64,000 bases of DNA from the human T2T-CHM13v2.0 reference genome, Homo sapiens. Where the stretch lies: NCBI RefSeq assembly GCF_009914755.1, contig NC_060926.1; one strand, 5' to 3'. This document shows, piece by piece, positions 57,814-64,000 of the stretch. The position numbers and the translations under genes are program-made. The notes beneath the pieces were generated by a model. It saw only the letters and a list, made by a program, of their open reading frames with translations, had not been told where the DNA came from and made no database searches. How positions within the stretch are numbered: position 1 is the stretch's first letter; the number at the start of each line of letters is the position of its first letter.

Positions 57814-59187
57814 TCTGATTATACTTTTAATTGTAACTTCTCTTATGCTTGAAGTTGAACATATACAGTAAAGACTTTACGGTATTGTAGGCTGAAGTTT
57901 CAGAATCATCCAGGGCCAATGATGTTAGCAGAAATGCAAAACTAGCCAAGGAGTATCGAGAGGACAAAATTGATAATTGATATTGTTATTACCTTCAAAG
58001 TTTGATTGCATTGATTAGCTTATTATTTTTATTAAAATCATTTTAAAGAGCATATAAAGTTCTATGCCAAAGCATGTTTGGCCTGACAAGTTGGGCTGTC
58101 ACTTCCTTTTGACAAGACTTTCATTTTTATCAGCTTTAAATGCATGTGTCATTACTATTCTGGTTAGGTAACATAATTATCCCACTGCAGAATATATAAT
58201 TTCAAAAGAGTCTTGTGGATATTTGATGCCTTTTCCTCTGAAAACAATTGAATTGGGATTTTCAGACCACTTTTATTTCAGTAAGATAAATGTAATCCTT
58301 CCTTTAATTGTAATGTAAAATTTAAGAGCATATTGAAATGAAAAGAAAAGCTCAACACTACCTATATTTTGAAAGTTATAAGAGACTAGATAAGTTGGAT
58401 TTTATGTTTCTTGTGGTACAGAATAGAAACAAAGGTCATTCAAACTAAGTTTGAATGAGAATTAAGTTTAATGGCTCACTTGCTAAACCTGAGTTGCACA
58501 ATCCTCACAATTCCTTAGGGATGTGGCAAGGTCATCCTTAAATGTAAAGTTCTTGCTCACTTAATGGAAAGCACTGTAGATACATAAATAACATTGTTAC
58601 CTGTCTTAGTGGGTCAGTATAAAAGACGGGGGTGGTGGTATATGTGAGAATAGTGAAATTTATAGCTAGTTTTGAGGCCCTTGTGACTTTTAAGAGGTAT
58701 TATGAGTCACTTTAACAAGTTAGTGTTTGTGACATAGTTTCAATTTCTTATGTGAAAGATAGTATTTCAGTTGTAAATGTTCTCTTAATATTCTGGAGAG
58801 CTACTCTTTCCTAGCCCATCTGTTTTACTGACTTTAAAAGTTGTTTACAGTTTGTTTCATGTTCAAATGTAGGGTTTTAGTAATTCCTTGGGGTGGGGGG
58901 CAGGAATGGGCAGAAGGCCATTGTCTCTAATTTTCCTTTTCCCAACTTTCACTTTCTTTTTTCTATGGATTACATGTCAAGGTGGGTGAGAAAAATGGTG
59001 GGGATTGAGAAAAGGGAGCAATTTATTTTTTGTAGGGGAGGTCCAAAATAAAGTCACTTAAGGAATCTGTCATAAAATTTAAATATATGATGAAGCTTGT
59101 GCAAGGGGAATATAAGAACTGATTTTACTTTAACCCTTCCTGCTTTATAAAAAGATCTTGTTGATGGCAAAAAGACAAACGCTTTAG

Positions 59188-59526
<339 letters not shown>

Positions 59527-60345
59527 TAGTTGTTTTATATTGTAGACTCTTAAATGATGTGGACTATGTGTTGTAAAATCCCTACCCTGAAGTACAATGC
59601 ATTTAGATGTCCCCCCGCCCTTTTTAACTTAAATCCTTTTTCCCCCTTGCAGTCAGTGCATTTTTATATTTCTACATGCTTTGTGAGAAATGTGTAAAGG
59701 AAATATTTTTGCATCTAATTGTTCTAACTTCCAAAGGTTCTTTACTGAGTTAAAAAAAACTGGTTTTTTTTTGGTCTAAACTGAATTTTGTCTGTCTTTC
59801 CCCTACTCAGGCCCAGATTACCTTTCTACAGGGACCTGGGCTTTCTACAGGAAGACCTGGGCTTCCCAGACAGGCCTGAGGATCATCACACGGTGTTCAG
59901 CACATACCACCAGGGGCAGGTGCACCCTGGCTTCTGAAGTAGCACCTGAGAATCCCCTGTGTCTAGTACCTGCTTCATGAATAACATTCCATAGGCTTCG
60001 GAAAGACTGTGGTTTAGGCTCTAATTTATTCAACTTGAATAATTTCTCCTTGAAATACTGAGAATAGCTTCTCTTTTGCTGTACAAATTCCGATTATCCC
60101 ATAACACAGACTCCTCAGTTGGACTTATCTCTCTTCTTTATTCAGTCAGGACAGGCATTGTCACATCTTTTCTGCTGGGGATGAGGGTGAAAGAGGCTTA
60201 GGGTTCAGAGGAACCTCCCTGGCCTCCTCTAGGAAAATCTCCCAATGACTTTCCAAACCTGACTGAGTTTGAGAACTTCCCTCAGCAGATAGAGGCACCA
60301 GAAGGAGCATTGGGGCAGCCCAGCCTCACACATCTGCTTCCTTGG

Positions 60346-60373
60346 GGATTATGTTATGACTTGTAACGCTGTG
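60346..60373 (-). other. Degenerate 12-bp-spacer recombination signal sequence (12-RSS)
   Basis: Heptamer CACAGCG (60373-60367), 12-bp spacer TTACAAGTCATA, nonamer ACATAATCC (60354-60346); consensus is CACAGTG / ACAAAAACC. Confidence 0.9.
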
Positions 60374-60850
60374 GGAGGGGTACTGTCACTCTGTTGACAG
60401 TAATAAGTTGCAAAATCTTCAGGCTGCAGGCTGCGGATGGTGAGAGTGTAATCTGCCCCAGATCCACTGTCACTGAACCGAGAGGGAATCCCACTTTGCA
60501 GACTGGGTGCAGCATAGATCAGGAGCTTAGGAGTTTTCCCTGGTTTCTGCTGATACCAATTTAAATTATTGCTAATGCCCTGACTCGCCCGGCAAGTGAT
60601 GGTGACTCTGTCTCCTACAGATGCAGACAGGGAGGATGGAGACTGGGTCATCTGGATGTCACATCTGGCACCTGAAGTTGGAAACATAAAAACAAATATT
60701 GTTGCAATTAATCATGTTATCAGAGGACTTCCCTGAAGTTCCAGACAGTACTGAGCACACTGACCGAGTATAATCCTAGTGTTCTCCTTCCTTACCTGGC
60801 AGCCAGAGCACCAGGAGCCCCAGGAGCTGAGTGGGGGCCCTCATGTCTGT
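60374..60850 (-). pseudogene. IGKV1OR: Immunoglobulin kappa variable subgroup 1 orphon (leader exon 60850-60796, 124-bp intron, V exon 60671-60374)
   Basis: V exon translates [99 protein letters not shown]; leader reads (ACA)DMRAPTQLLGLLVLWLP; GTAAGG donor and TTCAG acceptor. No J or C segment in the window. The symbol is given at family level because the paralogue cannot be assigned by eye. Confidence 0.93.
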
Positions 60851-60896
60851 GCTGTGTCCTGACTGGGGCTGACTCCTGCTCCGGGTGTGACCAGCC

Positions 60897-60978
60897 TATA
60901 AAAAGTCTTCAGGGCAGGGGGCTGTGCTCTAGGAACAGGCAAATCAGCAGGGGATGGGGCAGGCTGAGCACAGCTGCA
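60897..60978 (-). promoter_or_regulatory. V-kappa promoter remnant: pentadecamer, mutated octamer, TATA-like box
   Basis: On the - strand: TGCAGCTGTGCTCAG (60978-60964), ATTTGCCT instead of ATTTGCAT (60944-60937), TTTTATA (~60903-60897). Confidence 0.85.
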
Positions 60979-62229
60979 GGGCTGGCTCATCTCAGTAACT
61001 CAGCACAGGGGCGCAGTATCCCCAGAGTCCCAGGTCAAACCAGGGCAGCACAGATTTACCTTGAAAGAATGCATTTCTCATTGGTGGCCATATGGTTACA
61101 GAACATATTTTTGGAGTGAATTTTCAAAATTTTAAATCAACCTAAGACTAGATTAAATAATATATTTATACTTGTATTAGGAGTGTATAGGAAAGCATCA
61201 TTTTTGGCAGAAAATTTACAATAAAGTTGTAGAATGTGGGGCTGTCAGAAATTTCAGTTAGTCTCAAAGGAATTTGATGAGTGTAAAAGTATTTAGTGCT
61301 ATAATAACAATGTCAGTGTGAAATTGCTTCTTGTTTGAAATGAATATAAAAAGAATTTATCAGAAGCATCTTTAATAAATTCAATAGAATTTACTAACAA
61401 ACTTAAGACATTGTCCCTAGGAGTAAAAGGAAAAACAATTCTCTGAAGATGCACAAAGATGATAACTGTGTCACGCATAGATCTGCCATTATCCAGAGCT
61501 ATGGGTCTCTTTAAGACCCAGGGGCTAAATGGGCTGCACCTTATTCTTGGCGTGATGATCCCCATATTCTATCCCCTTTCCTGCCTTTGGTATAATTTCT
61601 TATGGTTCTCCAGCATGGAGAGCTGACTAGTAACACCAGGTCTCATTATTTCAACTAAAATCTCTGTTTCACTCGCTGACTATAGGAGCCTGGATTAAAA
61701 TCAACTTGAAGCCCTGTATCAATCTAGGCTCAAATAGTCAATTGTTTCAAAGTAGGATGACAAAGGCCACATCCCCTGAGTAATGCTCTGAGCTGCGCTC
61801 CCCACCAGCCTGTTCCTGGGGTCTCAGGAGCATCTGCCCTAGAGTCTGGCTTTCTGGAGAGCAGGTGAGGGGGAAAAGCCAGGTCAGTGAGCCTCTCTCC
61901 TTAGCGAGGGCAGCTGCTGCACAAGGCATGTTCTTGCCATGCACCAGGGCATCATCCTGACCCAGATGCCAGCCACCCTGTCTCACATGCATTTAGAGAG
62001 AATCTCCATCTTCTGCCAAGACACTGCCCATGTAGATGAAAAAGTGTTTTGCATCCAAACATATCTTAAGCACTGATTTGCACCTCAATACTTCACACAG
62101 ATGCCTTTGCCCAGGGCGTGTCGGCCTGGCTCAACAGCAGGGGAAGTGGAGCCAATTACATCAGTGTCAGTGGACTGAGAAATACTCCAGGGAGTAGTTC
62201 TCATGCACGACTACCCATGGCCAGACCAA

Positions 62230-62808
62230 GGTAGTGCAGCCTATGCACAAACCTCCTCCTGCTTTTCCAGAGGACTGGATTTCTGGGAAATGGCTACCGA
62301 ACAGGCTGCCAGGATCCATATATCCAGATTCAGAGAGATACATCTCTGGATTCAAATGCACTTTTTCTTTGTGCATAATTTTAGCAGTCATTGTTACTAT
62401 GCCTTGGGGATTCTAGACATTATACTTCAGCTGACTCTCTATGGCCCTTTCTCCCCTTCACTGCTCTATCTGAACCTGGGGAGGCAGCTCAGGCTGCAAA
62501 TGAGGCAGACCTCATGGCCTGGAATTAGCATCCCCTAGGACGGTTGTCAATCAGTGATGACAAGGGAGGTGTACACATCCCCCAGCTCCCTCACCTCTCA
62601 GGTGGAATAACAGAGACATTTTTCCTGTGTTTCTATGTGGGCTTGAGCTCTCGTCATCCTCAGAGGTGGCTCCTTCTGAGGCACTTTTCACTTTCCCTTT
62701 CCCTCCTCCCCTCCCTTGCTCACTTGCTTGTTTCCCGCACTTTGTAAATATACTGCCTGCATGCGAATCTTTGGCATCCTTCTCACTGAGGGGACCCAAC
62801 CTAATGCA
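62230..62808 (+). mobile_element. Possible ancient ERVL-type LTR (LTR16/LTR33-like)
   Basis: 3' end ...TGCATGCGAATCTTTGGCATCCTTCTCACTGAGGGACCCAACCTAATGCA resembles the GGGAACCCAAACTAAGACA termini of these LTRs; 5' boundary uncertain. Confidence 0.4.
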
Positions 62809-63172
62809 TTGGAAAAATCCTCATTCTTGGAGGGCATCGTTGGTTTGAATTATTGCCACTTCTCATGTTTTAATGCCTAGGGAAATTCCAAAAATTTAGG
62901 AAATCTTTAAATTCCCTTTGCCAATCTTTCTTAGATTTGATTTTAGCAGAGATTCATTTTCTCTAGGTCACAAAATCACAGAAGCCTTCCACAAATGGCT
63001 ACACAACATAGAGTCCACATAGAGCAGAGGCTCAGAATCTCCCAGGATTTGACATCCACACATCAGACAGTCCTCGAGTCTCAGGTTTTTTCTAGGTCGA
63101 TCGCCTCATAAATCTGCCTTGTGATATTTTTATTCTACCTTAGGGGAAGGCCATTGTGTGGATGATGAGAGT

Positions 63173-63637
63173 TGTTTGTGGAATGAATAATACACCCACT
63201 AAAGACATCATTGTCCTAATATCTGGAATCTATGATCATTACTTATGAACAAGTCAAAAATAACTTGGCAGACGTGGTTGAGAATTTTGAGGTCAGGAGA
63301 GTATCCTGAATTATCTGGGTGAGACCATCATAATCACAAGGGTCCTTACAATAGGGAGGGAGGAAGGTAACAGCCAGAGAGGACCTGGGACAACGGACAG
63401 GGAAACTGGAGTGATGGAGGAAGGGGCCATGCTGCTAGGAATGTGGGAACATCAGAAAGATGGAATGCTCGACATTGGATTCTCTCTCTTGAAGCCTAGA
63501 ATGAATAGAGCCCTATTACTCCTTGATTTTACTTCATTGAGACTTCTGACCTCCAGAAATGTAAGATAATACACTTGTGTTATGTGGAGTAGTAAAGTTG
63601 TGGTAATTTGTTACAGCAGCAACAGGAAACCAATGCA
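63173..63637 (+). mobile_element. MaLR LTR (MLT1-like)
   Basis: GTCCTAATATCTGGAA..ATCCTGAATTATCTGGGTG..TAATCACAAGGGTCCTTA...GACTTCTGACCTCCAGAAATGTAAGATAATA...TGTGGTAATTTGTTACAGCAGCAACAGGAAAC. Confidence 0.88.
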
Positions 63638-63940
63638 AGGGGAAGGGGTGTGTTTTACTTCCCTAGTGTATCACTGTCCTCTGTTCTCCCAAATAGTTCT
63701 GTGTTTTTGTGTTTGCTGTCAATTTCAACAAGAGACAGAAAACATTTTTCTATGAGGAGAGCTAGTACCACAATTCTTCTTACGTAGAAAGTGTCTTGAG
63801 TAATTCTCTGGGTTAGGTCTTGTACAATCTTGGTATCTGAGAGCCTGGAGGTCATCTCTCACAGCACATGAGAAGAGGAAGGGGATGCGGGTTTGCTGTT
63901 TTAACATTCATAGGGCAAATTGGATGTACAAGACCCATTC

Positions 63941-64000
63941 TTTTTATTATTATTATTATTGTTAAGTTCTAGGTTACATGTGCACAACATGCAGGTTTGT
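63941..64000 (-). mobile_element. L1PA 3' end, truncated by the window edge
   Basis: TTTTTATTATTATT...TAAGTTCTAGGTTACATGTGCACAACATGCAGGTTTGT. Confidence 0.9.

Noticed and set aside
60672-60687. ORF-track start MFPTS for the V gene
   Set aside because: That ATG lies in the intron; the V exon begins at 60671 after the TTCAG acceptor.

Overview
Primate (most likely human) non-coding DNA with the look of a pericentromeric segmental-duplication mosaic. No protein-coding gene is supported. 1-11,009 is a patchwork of L1/Alu remnants and local duplications: a 5x ~159-bp L1-derived tandem, a ~193-bp doublet, a 337-bp inverted repeat, a ~230-430-bp AT-rich tandem family and an AT minisatellite. 11,010-43,800 and 46,539-49,207 are a ~35-kb strand-asymmetric (CCAG/CCAAG)n satellite with a 9-bp GCCAGCCAA base unit. 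Its core is built from shuffled modules and carries near-identical duplications offset by 424, 1,920, 5,109 and 6,812 bp. The satellite is split by a 2.7-kb tandem array of ~10 copies of one 5'-truncated Alu and ends in a ~390-bp purine tract. 49.6-59.8 kb is Alu-dense, intron-like sequence. At 60,346-60,978 (- strand) lies an immunoglobulin kappa V1 orphon (IGKV1OR family) with an open V exon but a mutated first ATG, octamer and RSS, followed by LTR and L1 remnants. The many repetitive ORFs in the track are by-products of the satellite and Alus. All alignments were done by eye or from ORF-track offsets, so repeat boundaries are approximate.
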